From an uncultured Chloroflexia bacterium (GTDB lineage: Bacteria > Chloroflexota > Limnocylindria > Limnocylindrales > CSP1-4): a DNA stretch of 64,000 nt. Of the stretch, positions 29,224 through 39,579 are shown piece after piece (positions within the stretch are counted from its first letter, which is position 1; every line of letters starts with the position of its first letter). Both the position numbers and the translations under genes were made by a program. The DNA lies in contig CAWFXA010000003.1 in NCBI GenBank assembly GCA_963819655.1, positions 736,001 to 800,000 of the forward strand, given 5' to 3'. Under the pieces are notes generated by a model that did not search any database, was not told the origin of the DNA, and saw nothing but the letters and a program-made list of their open reading frames with translations.

Positions 29224-30129
29224 TCATGTGCGGTCGAGCTCGCGATGGAAGACGGCGACCGGGCCCGTGTCGCGCTCGCGCAGCCAGGCCGCGACCTGCT
29301 CGGCGATCACGATGCTGCGGTGATAGCCACCGGTGCAGCCGATCCCGATCGTCAGGCGGGTCTTGCCCTCGTCGATGTAGGCCGGGATCGCGAAGTCCAG
29401 GAACTCCTGCAGCAGCTCGAGGAAGCGCCCGGTCATCGGCTGGTCCATGACGTAGTCGCGGACCTCCTCGGTCAACCCGGAATGGGGCCGCAGCTCGGGC
29501 ACGTAATAGGGGTTCGGGATGAACCGCACGTCGTACACCAGGTCCGCCTCGAGCGGCACCCCGAACTTGTAGCCGAAGCTGATCAGCTGGACGGCGAGCT
29601 GGTCGGGGCCGCTCGTCGTAGCGAGCTGCGCGAAGAGTCGCTCGCGCAGCTGACGAAGCGACAGGTCGGACGTGTCGACGATGACATCGGCCTCGGCGCG
29701 GATCGGATCGAGGAGCCGACGCTCCTCCGCGATCGAGCTCGCGATCCCACGCTCGTCGTTGAGCGGATGGCGGTGGCGAGTCTCGCTGAACCGCCGGATG
29801 AGGACGTCGTCGCGCGCCTCGAGGAAGACGATGCGCGGGACGATCCCGCGGCCCTCGAGCGCGCCGCGCATGGCCCCCAGCGCGAGCGCAGGGTCGCCGG
29901 CACGCACGTCGAGCACGATCGCGACGCGCGCGAACCGATCGTCGTCGTCGGCGACCAGCTCCGCGAGCTCCGGCAGCAACTCTCCGGGCAGGTTGTCGAC
30001 CACCATGTAATTGAGGTCCTCGAAGAGCTTGGCCGCGGCCGTCTTGCCGCCCCCGGAGAGACCCGACAGGATGACGACCGCCTGCTCGGCCGACCCCTCG
30101 GTCACCGGCTCGTCGGCCGTCTGCGTCAC
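29224..30129 (-). CDS. rapZ: RNase adapter RapZ (YvcJ)
   Basis: SGLSGGGKT, RRFSETRHRHPL, SFGYKFG, GCTGGYHRS. Confidence 0.96.
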   Translation of the reverse strand: MTQTADEPVTEGSAEQAVVILSGLSGGGKTAAAKLFEDLNYMVVDNLPGELLPELAELVADDDDRFARVAIVLDVRAGDPALALGAMRGALEGRGIVPRIVFLEARDDVLIRRFSETRHRHPLNDERGIASSIAEERRLLDPIRAEADVIVDTSDLSLRQLRERLFAQLATTSGPDQLAVQLISFGYKFGVPLEADLVYDVRFIPNPYYVPELRPHSGLTEEVRDYVMDQPMTGRFLELLQEFLDFAIPAYIDEGKTRLTIGIGCTGGYHRSIVIAEQVAAWLRERDTGPVAVFHRELDRT

Positions 30130-30896
30130 CGACCGGTCCGCTTGATGAATTGGATCGTCAGCTCATACAGGAGGTACATCGTGCCGCCGAGCACGAACGG
30201 GCTGACCAGGTCGCCACCGGGTGTCGCGACCGCAGAGAAGATCGCGATGCCGAGCAGGACGTACCGCCTGGACGCGCGCAGCCGTTCCGACGTGATGATG
30301 CCGACCCGCGACAGGCCCACGAGGAGGATCGGGAACTCGAGGACGAGGCCGAACGCCAGGAACATCGTGGTCACGAAATCGAAGTACGGGCCTGCAGCGA
30401 TATTCGCGACGAGCTTGTCGTCCGTGAAGCTCAGCAGGAAGGCCACCGCGTAGGGCAGCACGAGCCGGGCGATCCCTACACCCAAGGCGAAGAACACTAG
30501 GGCCAGCGGGATCCAGGGGCGGACCGCACGCCGCTCGGCGGGGGTCAGACCCGGTGCGACGAATGCCCAGACCTGGTAGAGCAGCACCGGCATGGCCAGG
30601 ATGATCCCGATGACGATCGAGATCCGGAGCTGGATCGCGAATGCGTCGCCTGGCCCAAGGACCTGGGCCTGGCCACCTGGCAGCGGCTGGAGCAGGAAAT
30701 CCCGGACATCCGTAGCGAAGTAGAACCCCACCGCCGAGCCCACGACGACCGCGAGGATGATGCGGAAGAGTCGGTCGCGCAGCTCGCCGAGGTGGTCGAC
30801 GAGCGACATGACCGACCCATCAGGGCCCGTCGCGGGAGGTGGGGATGGCGGGACGCCGGGGGCAAGCGTCTCGCGTAGGGCGTCGGCGTCTGCCAT
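30126..30896 (-). CDS. tatC: Twin-arginine translocase TatC
   Basis: MSLVDHLGELRDR, YQVWAFVAPGL, FEFP-like LEFP, ATPGGD. Confidence 0.96.
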   Translation of the reverse strand: MADADALRETLAPGVPPSPPPATGPDGSVMSLVDHLGELRDRLFRIILAVVVGSAVGFYFATDVRDFLLQPLPGGQAQVLGPGDAFAIQLRISIVIGIILAMPVLLYQVWAFVAPGLTPAERRAVRPWIPLALVFFALGVGIARLVLPYAVAFLLSFTDDKLVANIAAGPYFDFVTTMFLAFGLVLEFPILLVGLSRVGIITSERLRASRRYVLLGIAIFSAVATPGGDLVSPFVLGGTMYLLYELTIQFIKRTGR

Positions 30897-30917
30897 CAGG
30901 CGCGTGCGACGCCGACC

Positions 30918-31160
30918 CTAGTTCGTGCGCGACGCGGGCTCGCTCGGGGCGGCAGGCGCGTCGGCCGAGGAGGCGGCCGGCGGGTTCGCGATGGGTGAGG
31001 TGTCGACCTTCACCGAGTCGCTCAGGTCCGAGGAGGCCTTGCGGAACTCGCGGATGCTCTTGCCGAGCGCCGAACCGACGTCCGGCAGCTTGCCCGGCCC
31101 AAGGATGAGCAGCGCGATCACGAGGATGATGATGAGTTCGACGGGTCCAGGCATCGGCAT
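30918..31160 (-). CDS. tatA: Twin-arginine translocase TatA
   Basis: GPVELIIILVIALLILGPGKLPDVGSALGKSIREFRK. Confidence 0.96.
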   Translation of the reverse strand: MPMPGPVELIIILVIALLILGPGKLPDVGSALGKSIREFRKASSDLSDSVKVDTSPIANPPAASSADAPAAPSEPASRTN

Positions 31161-31196
31161 GGTGGAAGGTCCTCTTGAGCGGGTGAACCGCGGCGG

Positions 31197-32063
31197 CTAG
31201 GGTAGCACAGGGAGTCTGGCGGCCCATGCGGCGGCGGCCGCCGCAAGACGTTCCGCCGGGTCCCCGGGACCGGGCTCCATGGCGGCCTCGGCGATCCCCC
31301 GCGAGACATTGACGAGCAGTCCCCCGCCGGTCCCTGCCGACCCCGGGTCGGCGGCTGCCGGGCCGTGGCGCAACACGGGGTCGATCGCCCCACCCTGGGC
31401 GCCGATGCCGGGCACCAGGAACGGCAGCCCGGGCGCGATCGCACGGATCGTCGCGAGCTCCTCGGGCGCGGTCGCACCGACGACCAGGCCGACCGTGCCG
31501 CCCGGTCCCCACCCGGTCGCGAGCCGGGCGACGCGCTCGTGCACGCGTTCGCCGCGGGCGCCCGTGGCGTCGTCCGGAATCAGCTCCAGGTCCTGTACCT
31601 CGCCGGCGCCCGGGTTCGACGTCCGGCACAGGACGTAGGCGAAGCGATCGACTCGGTCGAGGAGTGGCGCGATCGCGTCCGCGCCGAGATACGGGCTGAC
31701 GGTCACGGCGTCCGCACCCAGGGCGTCGAACAAGGCCACGGCCTGTCGGGCGGCGGTCGTCCCGATATCGCCGCGCTTGGCGTCCATGACGACCGGGATG
31801 TCGGCCGGGATGCGCGCGCGCAGGCGTTCCAGGGCGGCCAGACCGGCCGATCCGAATGCCTCAAAGAATGCGAGGTTCGGTTTGACCGCGGCCGCGACAG
31901 GCGAGGCCGCCTCGAGGATGAGTTCGGCGAATCGCTCGACGCCGGCGAGGTCCGGGGAGAAACCTTCCGGCAGGGCGTCAGGATCCGGGTCCAGCCCGAC
32001 GGAGAGGACGGTTCCGGTCGCACGCGAGCGGGCAGCGAGCCGTTCGAGGTACGAGCGGGTCAC
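31197..32063 (-). CDS. pyrF: Orotidine-5'-phosphate decarboxylase
   Basis: VGLDP, KPNLAFFE, DAKRGDIG, RTSNPG, VVGAT, PGIGAQGG; GTG at 32063. Confidence 0.95.
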   Translation of the reverse strand: MTRSYLERLAARSRATGTVLSVGLDPDPDALPEGFSPDLAGVERFAELILEAASPVAAAVKPNLAFFEAFGSAGLAALERLRARIPADIPVVMDAKRGDIGTTAARQAVALFDALGADAVTVSPYLGADAIAPLLDRVDRFAYVLCRTSNPGAGEVQDLELIPDDATGARGERVHERVARLATGWGPGGTVGLVVGATAPEELATIRAIAPGLPFLVPGIGAQGGAIDPVLRHGPAAADPGSAGTGGGLLVNVSRGIAEAAMEPGPGDPAERLAAAAAAWAARLPVLP

Positions 32064-32073
32064 CGGCCGCGGA

Positions 32074-33312
32074 TCACGGGGAGGGACTGGCGACGGTCGG
32101 CGCCGCGGACCCCGCGGACGGCGGCGGCTCGGCGGCCGGCAGCAGCGCCGGTGGGATGTACCAGTCCGGTCGAGAGGCCGCATCCAGACCCGAGACCTCG
32201 GTCAGGTTGACGGTCTGGCTCACGGTCCACGCGGGGGCGATGCCATCGAGCGTGGCCAGGCGCAGGTCGACGGTCTGGCCGACCACGTGGAGGAACGCGA
32301 TCGCGTCCCCTGCTGGCGACCAGGTCGGCGCCCACGACGCGGCGTCATCGGTGATGCGCAGGAGCTCGTTGCCGTTGCTCCCGTTGAGGATCACGACATC
32401 CGTGCCGAGCGTCGTCGTCCGCGTCGCCGCGATGTACCGGCCGTCGGGGGAATACGTCCCCTGCATGTAGCCGGCCCCCGTCATCACACGTGTCTTCTTG
32501 GTCTTGGGGTCGTAGCGCATGATCACCGGCGCGCCACGGGCCCCGTCGCGCCCGTTCTCTGTGTACAGCAGCAGCTTCCCATCCGCTCGCCAGTCAGGGT
32601 CCTGGTGGCCGAGGACTCCGTTTTCGCGCACGCCCGCGCGCGTCAGCCTCTTGCGCTTGATGTCGTAGAACTGCAGGACGACGTTCGAGTCGTCGGGCGT
32701 CGGCGCGTCCGTGACGAGCGCCACGCTGTTGCCGTCGGGCGAGAGGACCGGTTGGCGCATCCATGCGGACCAGCGCAGGGCACCCCGCCTCACCCGGCCG
32801 CTCAGCAGGCGCTGCGGCTCGCTGCTGCCGTCGGCGCGGATGCGCATCAGCTCCTGTACCGAGATGTCGTACCACGAGTTGCGACCGCGAACGGGCCATT
32901 TCCCGATCTCGTCCTTGGACTGGATGTACATGATCCACACCCCGTCCGACGACCACGAGGGCATCGACGCCCCACCGGTCTTGGTCAGCTGGACCGAGCC
33001 CTCGTCGTTCTGGATCCAGATGTTGCCGCCCTTCGCGTACACGATCGAGCCGAGGAACGCCGCCTCTTCCGGGATCACGATCACGCCCGACGGAGCAGGG
33101 GTCAGGCCCGGTCCCGGCACACCACCGTTGCCGTTGCCGGCGTTGCCACCCGCGTTCGAGAACGGCAGCTCGTAGTTGAAGAGGTTGATGGTGACGACCG
33201 CGATCAACAGGAGCCCGACCACCGAGGCGATCGGCCCGATGGCCGACCCGATCGGTCCGATGCCATAAGGGTCACGCGGACGCGGACCGCGCGACCGGAT
33301 CTGGCGCGTCAC
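32074..33312 (-). CDS. Membrane-anchored TolB-like (PD40) beta-propeller protein
   Basis: TM followed by PSWSSDG, PVLSPDG, PDWRADG, TYSPDG, PTWSPAG repeats. Confidence 0.85.
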   Translation of the reverse strand: MTRQIRSRGPRPRDPYGIGPIGSAIGPIASVVGLLLIAVVTINLFNYELPFSNAGGNAGNGNGGVPGPGLTPAPSGVIVIPEEAAFLGSIVYAKGGNIWIQNDEGSVQLTKTGGASMPSWSSDGVWIMYIQSKDEIGKWPVRGRNSWYDISVQELMRIRADGSSEPQRLLSGRVRRGALRWSAWMRQPVLSPDGNSVALVTDAPTPDDSNVVLQFYDIKRKRLTRAGVRENGVLGHQDPDWRADGKLLLYTENGRDGARGAPVIMRYDPKTKKTRVMTGAGYMQGTYSPDGRYIAATRTTTLGTDVVILNGSNGNELLRITDDAASWAPTWSPAGDAIAFLHVVGQTVDLRLATLDGIAPAWTVSQTVNLTEVSGLDAASRPDWYIPPALLPAAEPPPSAGSAAPTVASPSP

Positions 33313-35069
33313 GACGGCGACCCGACGAGGGCAGACGCGGGGCCGGCAAGGACGGCCGCGGCCTCTGGGTGCGAGCCGCTCGGCGCTGCGTCGCGGATCT
33401 CGAGCTGGAGGGACTCGAACCCGCCGTAGGTGCGGCTGGCCAGCCGGGCGACGACGTCGATGCGGTCGCCCTCATGGACGAGGGCCGCGATGTCGGCCCG
33501 GCCGAACGCGATGCCGTCGAGCACGTCCCGGTCGCGCCGCAGCGTCAGCGACGTATGGTCGTCCGCCGCGAGCCGGACCCGCGTGACAGTCAGGCCGAGC
33601 ACCGCCACCAGCGGCTCCGGGTTGCCCGGACCGTACGGCGTGAGACCGGCGAGCTCGCGCAGGAGCCGGTAGTCGACGTCGAGGGCCGGCAGGGCGAGGT
33701 CGATCCGGAGGACGGTCCGCGGGTCGGGCGGCACCGCCTGCGCGGCGATCGCCTCGAAGCGCTCGACGAACTCGGACCAGCGCTCGGCCTGGATCTCGAA
33801 GCCGGCCGCGCCGGCGTGCCCGCCGTGGCGGGCGAACAGATCGGCGCATGCCGCGAGCGCCGCGCCGAGGTCGACGGAGCCATCGCTGCGACACGATCCC
33901 CGGATCGTGTCGCCGAGCTCTGCACCGACCACCGCCGGACGGGCCCTGTCCTCGGCCAGCCGCGCGGCGACGAGGCCGACGATCCCCACGGGCCACGGAC
34001 CACGGACGATGGACGCCGGACGGTCCGGGTTCGCGGCGACGAGCGCGCGGGCCTCCGCGACGACGGTCACGGTGAGGTCGCGGCGCGTCTTGTTCGCGGC
34101 CTCCAGCGTCTCAGCATGCGCAGCGGCTGTCTCGCTGTCCGGCGCGAGCAGCAGCAGCGCGGCCTCGAGCGCCTCCCCCACCCGACCCGCGGCGTTCAGC
34201 CGGGGAGCGAGCGCGAATGCGATCGTGTCGAGGTCGACGGCCTCCGGCGCGATCCGGGCGAGTGCCAGGAGGGCCGCGAAGCCCGGCCGCGCGTTGGCGC
34301 GCAGTCTCTCCAGGCCGAGCCGTGCGATCGCGCGGTTCTCCCCGACGATCGGCGCCACGTCCGCGACGGTCCCGACAGTGGCGAGGTCGGCGAGGTCGAG
34401 CGCGGCGGCCGGACCGCCAGGGAGATCCGCGAGCAGCAGTTGCGCGACCTTGAACGCGACGCCGCTGCCGGCCAGCCGCGTGTCGGGATACTGCGAGTCG
34501 GCGCGGTGCGGGTTCACGAGCGCGTACGCGGGAGGCATCTCCGGCGGCACCCGATGGTGGTCTGTGACGATCACGTCGATGCCGCGCCCGGCCGCCGCGG
34601 CGATCTCCGGTGCGGAGCTCGTCCCACAGTCGACGGTGACGATCAAGGTCTGTCCCGCGGCCACCGCCGCGTCGATGGCCGCGAGCGACAGCCCGTGCCC
34701 CTCGTCGAGGCGGCTCGGGACGTATGGCTCGACATCGACCCCGAAGCGGCGCAGGGCGATCACCAGGATCGCGAGACCATCGAGCCCGTCGGCGTCGAAG
34801 TCCCCAAAGACCATCACCCGCTCGCCCAGATCGCGGGCGCGCGTGAGCCGTTCGAGCAGGCGGTCCGCGTCGGGCAGGAGCCTGGGATCGTGCAGCCCGG
34901 CGAGGGGCTCGGCGAACCAGGCCGTCAGGCCCGCGACGTCGACGACGCCGCGCCGGGCCAGCAGTCCGGTCATCCGTTCGGCGAGCCCTCGCTCGAGCGC
35001 TGCGGTCAGGAGCTCCGGATCGACGGGACTGGACTCCGGGAAGCTCCAGCGGAAGCGCGGTTCGAGCAC
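33309..35069 (-). CDS. recJ: ssDNA-specific exonuclease RecJ
   Basis: GDFDADG, TVDCG, TDHH, PRLNAAGR, GGHAGAAG. Confidence 0.96.
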   Translation of the reverse strand: MLEPRFRWSFPESSPVDPELLTAALERGLAERMTGLLARRGVVDVAGLTAWFAEPLAGLHDPRLLPDADRLLERLTRARDLGERVMVFGDFDADGLDGLAILVIALRRFGVDVEPYVPSRLDEGHGLSLAAIDAAVAAGQTLIVTVDCGTSSAPEIAAAAGRGIDVIVTDHHRVPPEMPPAYALVNPHRADSQYPDTRLAGSGVAFKVAQLLLADLPGGPAAALDLADLATVGTVADVAPIVGENRAIARLGLERLRANARPGFAALLALARIAPEAVDLDTIAFALAPRLNAAGRVGEALEAALLLLAPDSETAAAHAETLEAANKTRRDLTVTVVAEARALVAANPDRPASIVRGPWPVGIVGLVAARLAEDRARPAVVGAELGDTIRGSCRSDGSVDLGAALAACADLFARHGGHAGAAGFEIQAERWSEFVERFEAIAAQAVPPDPRTVLRIDLALPALDVDYRLLRELAGLTPYGPGNPEPLVAVLGLTVTRVRLAADDHTSLTLRRDRDVLDGIAFGRADIAALVHEGDRIDVVARLASRTYGGFESLQLEIRDAAPSGSHPEAAAVLAGPASALVGSPS

Positions 35070-35132
35070 CTCGTCAGGATGCCATGCGGCGCTTACCCAC
35101 GCCTTTACCGCGCATGGGACGCATCGCAGTCG

Positions 35133-36275
35133 TCAGGACGCGGCCCGTCGCGCGCGGGGGGCGCGTGTCGTGGGCAGCCGGCCGTGACGCCGGTCCTCCC
35201 ACGCCTGCCAGTCCACGAGGAGCGGGCTGGCCACGAAGATCGACGAGTACGTCCCGATGATGATGCCGATCAGCAGGGCAAGGACGAAGTCACTGATCGC
35301 CGACCCGCCGAAGAGGAACAACGAGAGCAGGGTCAGGAACACGGTCAGGCTGGTCATGATCGACCGCGCGAACGTCTGCAGGATCGAATGGTTGACGATC
35401 GCATCGAACGGCTCGCCGAGATGACGCGCCTTGTTCTCCCGGATCCTGTCGAAGACCACGATCGTGTCGTGCACGGAGAAGCCGATGACCGTGAGCATCG
35501 CGGTCACGAACAAGGCATCGATCTCGACATGGAAGAACGTGCCGAGGATCGCGAAGGCGCCGACCACGACGACGACGTCATGCAGCAGCGACACGAGGGC
35601 GGTCACCCCGAACTTCCAGTCGCGGAACCGGTACGTGATCCAGCCGAGGATGCCGAGCGAGCCGACTACGATCAGGATCAGCGCCTGGCGGAGGAGGTCC
35701 GAGCTGACCACGGCACCAATGGTCGTGAGGCTGCGCTGAGCCTCGATCGGCCCGAGCTGCGTCTCGAGCGCGGTCACCATCTCGCCGAGCTTGCCGGTGG
35801 TCGGGAGCTCCGTGTTACCGATCGGGGCGGCGGGTAACGCAGACGCATCGGGGCTGGCCGACGCACCGGGGCTGGCCGAGGCGCCCGGGCTGGCCGAGGC
35901 GGCCGGCGAGCCACTCGGCGCGGGGGAGCCACTCGGCGCCGCTGAGCCCGACGCCCCCGGCGAGGCGGACGGCGCCGGCGTCGGCAGCGGTTCGTCGACC
36001 AGGCCGATCGGTTCGGTCTTGATCTCGATGTACCCGGACTCCGTCCGGATGGCCGTCGCGTCCAGGCCGTTCTCGGCGAAGACCTCCTCGACCTGTGCGG
36101 GCGTGACCGCCGGGTTGGCGAACTTGATCTCCCAGCGGGTCCCGCCGGTGTAGTCGATCGTCAGCTGCAGCCCCGCGTCCGTGAACGGCGACAGCAGGAT
36201 GAAGATCAGGCCGGGGATCGTGAGCAGGGCCGAGAACAGGTAGAACCAGCGGCGCTTGCCGATGACGTCAAACAT
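35133..36275 (-). CDS. secF: Protein translocase subunit SecF
   Basis: IDYTGGT, LLHDV, GFSVHDTIVVFDRIRE, GTYSSIFVA. Confidence 0.96.
   Translation of the reverse strand: MFDVIGKRRWFYLFSALLTIPGLIFILLSPFTDAGLQLTIDYTGGTRWEIKFANPAVTPAQVEEVFAENGLDATAIRTESGYIEIKTEPIGLVDEPLPTPAPSASPGASGSAAPSGSPAPSGSPAASASPGASASPGASASPDASALPAAPIGNTELPTTGKLGEMVTALETQLGPIEAQRSLTTIGAVVSSDLLRQALILIVVGSLGILGWITYRFRDWKFGVTALVSLLHDVVVVVGAFAILGTFFHVEIDALFVTAMLTVIGFSVHDTIVVFDRIRENKARHLGEPFDAIVNHSILQTFARSIMTSLTVFLTLLSLFLFGGSAISDFVLALLIGIIIGTYSSIFVASPLLVDWQAWEDRRHGRLPTTRAPRARRAAS
35850..35990. repeat. 18-nt coding tandem repeats (ASASPG / APSGSP) inside secF
   Basis: GGGCTGGCCGA x3 and GAGCCACTCGGCGC x2. Confidence 0.7.
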
Positions 36276-37641
36276 CGGCACGCAGAGCGCGTCGCGTCTG
36301 GCGCGGCGCGGTCACGGCCACGAACTCCTCGTCGCGGAGACCGAACAACCGCGCGTTGCGGGCCCAGTCCTGGCGGACGACCACGCGCATGATCGAACGC
36401 GTCACGACGATCGCGCTGAACATCGATGTCAGGACACCGATGATGAGGACCAACGCGAAGCCGCGGATGACCGACGACCCGAGGGCGTACAGGATCGTGG
36501 CGGTGATCAGGCTCGACACGTTGGAGTCGAGGATCGAGTTCCAGGCCCGGTTGAAGCCTGCCTCGACCGCTGCCGGCAGCGACTTGCCGACCCGCAGCTC
36601 CTCCTTCATCCGCTCGAAGATCAGGATGTTGGCATCGACTGCCATGCCCACCGAGAGCACGAAGCCCGCGATGCCGGCGAGAGTCAACGTCACCGGGATG
36701 AGCCGGAAGATCGCCAGCACCACGATCGTGTAATAGACGAGCGCGAATGACGCGATCAACCCCGGCAGGCGGTAGTACAGCAGCATGAACAGGATGACCA
36801 GTGAGATGCCGATGGCCCCTGCCAGCAGGCTCTGGTTGAGGAACTGCTCACCGAGCGTCGCGGAGATCTGCTCGCTCGAAAGCTCCTTGATCGGGAATGG
36901 CAGAGAGCCGAACTTGAGGATCGTGACCAGCGAGTTGGCCTCTTGGGGCGGGAATCCGGCCGCGCTGCCGGAGCTGATCTCGACCTGGCCATTCGGGATC
37001 GCGTTCCTGATGACGGGTGCCGAGATCACCGCGCCGTCGAGCACGATCGCGAAGTACTCACCGATGTGCCCAGCGGTGTAGTTCGAGAACAGTTGGGCCC
37101 CGGATTCCGGACCATTGTTCTTGAGCACGAAGGTGACGGTCAGGCCGCCGGTCGTCTGGTCCTGACCCACTGCGGCCGATTCGAGCTGATCGCCACCGAA
37201 CAGCGGTGGGAATTCCTCGAGGTTGACGATCTGGCCTTCGGCCATCTGGGTCGCGCCCAGGGGCACGAAGTCGAGCTGGCCGGTCTGCCCGACCAGGCGC
37301 CGGACGTTGTCGACGTCGGTGATGCCTGGCAACTCGATCACCACGCGGTCGCTGCCCTGGACGACGACGACCGGCTCCGACACGCCGGTCGTGTTCACAC
37401 GACGCTCGACGATGTCCTTGATGACGCCCATCGCCTCGGGCGTCGGGTTCACGCCATCCTTGGGCAGCGCCTGGTACTCGACGCGCAGACCGCCCTCGAG
37501 GTCGAGCCCGAGCTTCGTCTCGATCGTGCGCCACGTGCCATCGGGCGCGGCGAGGTCCGGCAGTTTGAGGTTTGGGAAGAAATCGACCAGAAGGGCGAAC
37601 ACGCCGATCAGGACGATGAGAATGGGACCCGCTCTACGCAT
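36268..37641 (-). CDS. secD: Protein translocase subunit SecD
   Basis: LGLDLEGG, GVSEP, AIVLDG..ISAP, GMAVDANILIFER. Confidence 0.96.
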   Translation of the reverse strand: MRRAGPILIVLIGVFALLVDFFPNLKLPDLAAPDGTWRTIETKLGLDLEGGLRVEYQALPKDGVNPTPEAMGVIKDIVERRVNTTGVSEPVVVVQGSDRVVIELPGITDVDNVRRLVGQTGQLDFVPLGATQMAEGQIVNLEEFPPLFGGDQLESAAVGQDQTTGGLTVTFVLKNNGPESGAQLFSNYTAGHIGEYFAIVLDGAVISAPVIRNAIPNGQVEISSGSAAGFPPQEANSLVTILKFGSLPFPIKELSSEQISATLGEQFLNQSLLAGAIGISLVILFMLLYYRLPGLIASFALVYYTIVVLAIFRLIPVTLTLAGIAGFVLSVGMAVDANILIFERMKEELRVGKSLPAAVEAGFNRAWNSILDSNVSSLITATILYALGSSVIRGFALVLIIGVLTSMFSAIVVTRSIMRVVVRQDWARNARLFGLRDEEFVAVTAPRQTRRALRADV

Positions 37642-37700
37642 ACCGGCGGGATGCTACACGAAAGGCCCTCCTGACGCCGCAGGGCTGAACTTCGGGCCTC

Positions 37701-39554
37701 TCAGGCTTCCAACGTGGCCTTGATGCGTTCCGCCAGGGCGCGGCTGATGCCGGGCACCGCGGCGATCTGCTCGACCGGTGCCTCGCGCACCCGCTTGATC
37801 GAGCCGAACACCTTTAACAGTTCCCGCTTGCGCTTCGGGCCGACGCCCGGCAGGTCGTCGAACGCCGACCGGACCGTGCGCCGATCGCGCAGCGTGCGGT
37901 GGTACGTGATCGCGAAACGGTGCGCCTCGTCGCGCAGCCGCTGGACGAGGTACAGCGCCGACGATGTCGGCGGCAGCACCACAGGCTCGGAGCGCCCGGG
38001 CAGGAACAGCTCCTCGCGCTCCTTGGCGAGCCCGGCCAGCGGCAGGTCATGCAGTCCCAGCTCGTCGAGGACTTGCTTGGCCGCGTTCACCTGCGGCTTG
38101 CCGCCGTCGACGATCACGAGGTCGGGCATTGCCCAGCGGCGCTCCTCCTCGCTCCCCTCCTCGCCCGACTTGACCGCCCGAAAGCGGCGGCGCAGCACCT
38201 CCTGGTGGCTGGCCACGTCGTTCGGGCCCTCGACCGTCTTGATGCGGAAGCGCCGGTACTCGCCCGATCGCGGCTTGCCGTCCTCGAACACGACCATGCT
38301 CCCGACCGATTCCGAGCCCTGGAAGTTCGAGATGTCGTAGCACTCGATGCGGAACGGGATCCCGGGCACTTCCAGCGCGGCTGCCAGCTCCTCGAGAGCA
38401 GCCAGCGTCTTGCCCTGGTCGGCCAGCCAGCGCGCCTGCTCGCGGGCCAGCGTCTCGGCCGCGTTCCGCGACGCCAGGCCCATGAGGTCGCGCTTCTCGC
38501 CGCGCTGCGGCGTCCGGAGGTGGACGGGCCCGCCGCGCTTCTCGACGAGGAACGTCTGGAGGTCGGCCGTGTCGGTCACGCCGGCCGGCACGTAGATCTC
38601 GCGCGGGATGGAGGTCGCGCGCGCGTAATACTGCTCGAGGAAGCTCGACAGGACCTCGGCATCCGACGCCTCGCGCATGGCGTCCAGCAGGTAAACGTCG
38701 CGCCCGATCATCTTCCCGTCACGGATGATGAACAGCGTCACCGCGGCCTGGTTGTCCTGGCGCGCCATCCCGACGAGATCCAGCTCGGTCCGAGCGAACG
38801 CGGCCATCTTCTGGCTCTCCATCGTCCGTTCGATCGCGCGGATCTTGTCGCGGTGCCCGGCAGCGCGCTCGTACTCCTGGCGATCGGACGCCGCGCTCAT
38901 CTCGCGCCGGAGAGCCTTGACGAGCGTCTCCTGGCGGCCCTCGAGGAAGAGCTCGACCTGTTCGATGTCCGCGCGGTAGTCGGCCTTCGAGATCGCCTCG
39001 ATGCACGGACCCTGGCAGCGTTTGATGTGATACAGCAGGCACGGTCGCTGGAGTGCCCGCTGTCCGTCGCGGATGTCGACGGTGCAGGTCCGGAATGGGA
39101 ACAGCCGCCGGACGAGGTTCATCGATTCGTCGACGCTCGTCGCGGACGCGTACGGCCCGAAGTAGCGGCTCCCGTCGTTGACGAGCTTGCGCGTCCGCTC
39201 GACCCGCGGGAAATCGTCTGCCAGGGTGACCTTGATGTACGGATAACTCTTGTCGTCCTTGAGACGGACGTTGAAGCGCGGCTTGAACCGCTTGATGAGG
39301 TTCGCCTCGAGGAGCAGCGCCTCGCTCACGCTGTCGACCTCGGTCACCTCGACATCGGCGATCCGGTCGACGACGCTGCGGATGCGGTGGCCCTCGCCGA
39401 GCGTCGACGTCTGCTTCTGCCAGTAGCTCCGCACGCGATGGCGCAGGCTCTGGGCCTTGCCGACGTACAGCACGTCGCCCCGCGCGTCCTTCATGAGGTA
39501 GACGCCCGGTCGATCGGGCAAGCGCTTGAGTGTCGCCTCGAGTTCGGGGGTCAC
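37701..39554 (-). CDS. uvrC: Excinuclease ABC subunit C
   Basis: GIY-YIG (PGVYLM..YVGKA), IECYDIS, PDLVIVDGG, RDEAHRFA, HhH. Confidence 0.98.
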   Translation of the reverse strand: MTPELEATLKRLPDRPGVYLMKDARGDVLYVGKAQSLRHRVRSYWQKQTSTLGEGHRIRSVVDRIADVEVTEVDSVSEALLLEANLIKRFKPRFNVRLKDDKSYPYIKVTLADDFPRVERTRKLVNDGSRYFGPYASATSVDESMNLVRRLFPFRTCTVDIRDGQRALQRPCLLYHIKRCQGPCIEAISKADYRADIEQVELFLEGRQETLVKALRREMSAASDRQEYERAAGHRDKIRAIERTMESQKMAAFARTELDLVGMARQDNQAAVTLFIIRDGKMIGRDVYLLDAMREASDAEVLSSFLEQYYARATSIPREIYVPAGVTDTADLQTFLVEKRGGPVHLRTPQRGEKRDLMGLASRNAAETLAREQARWLADQGKTLAALEELAAALEVPGIPFRIECYDISNFQGSESVGSMVVFEDGKPRSGEYRRFRIKTVEGPNDVASHQEVLRRRFRAVKSGEEGSEEERRWAMPDLVIVDGGKPQVNAAKQVLDELGLHDLPLAGLAKEREELFLPGRSEPVVLPPTSSALYLVQRLRDEAHRFAITYHRTLRDRRTVRSAFDDLPGVGPKRKRELLKVFGSIKRVREAPVEQIAAVPGISRALAERIKATLEA

Positions 39555-39579
39555 GCCCCCGATGCTAGGGCAAGTCCGC

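Noticed and set aside
33369-35837. Long antisense ORFs (822 aa here; also 47710-49665, 59567-61909, 37899-39599)
   Set aside because: Shadow frames of recJ/secF, uvrB, polA and uvrC, typical of high-GC DNA; no protein motifs
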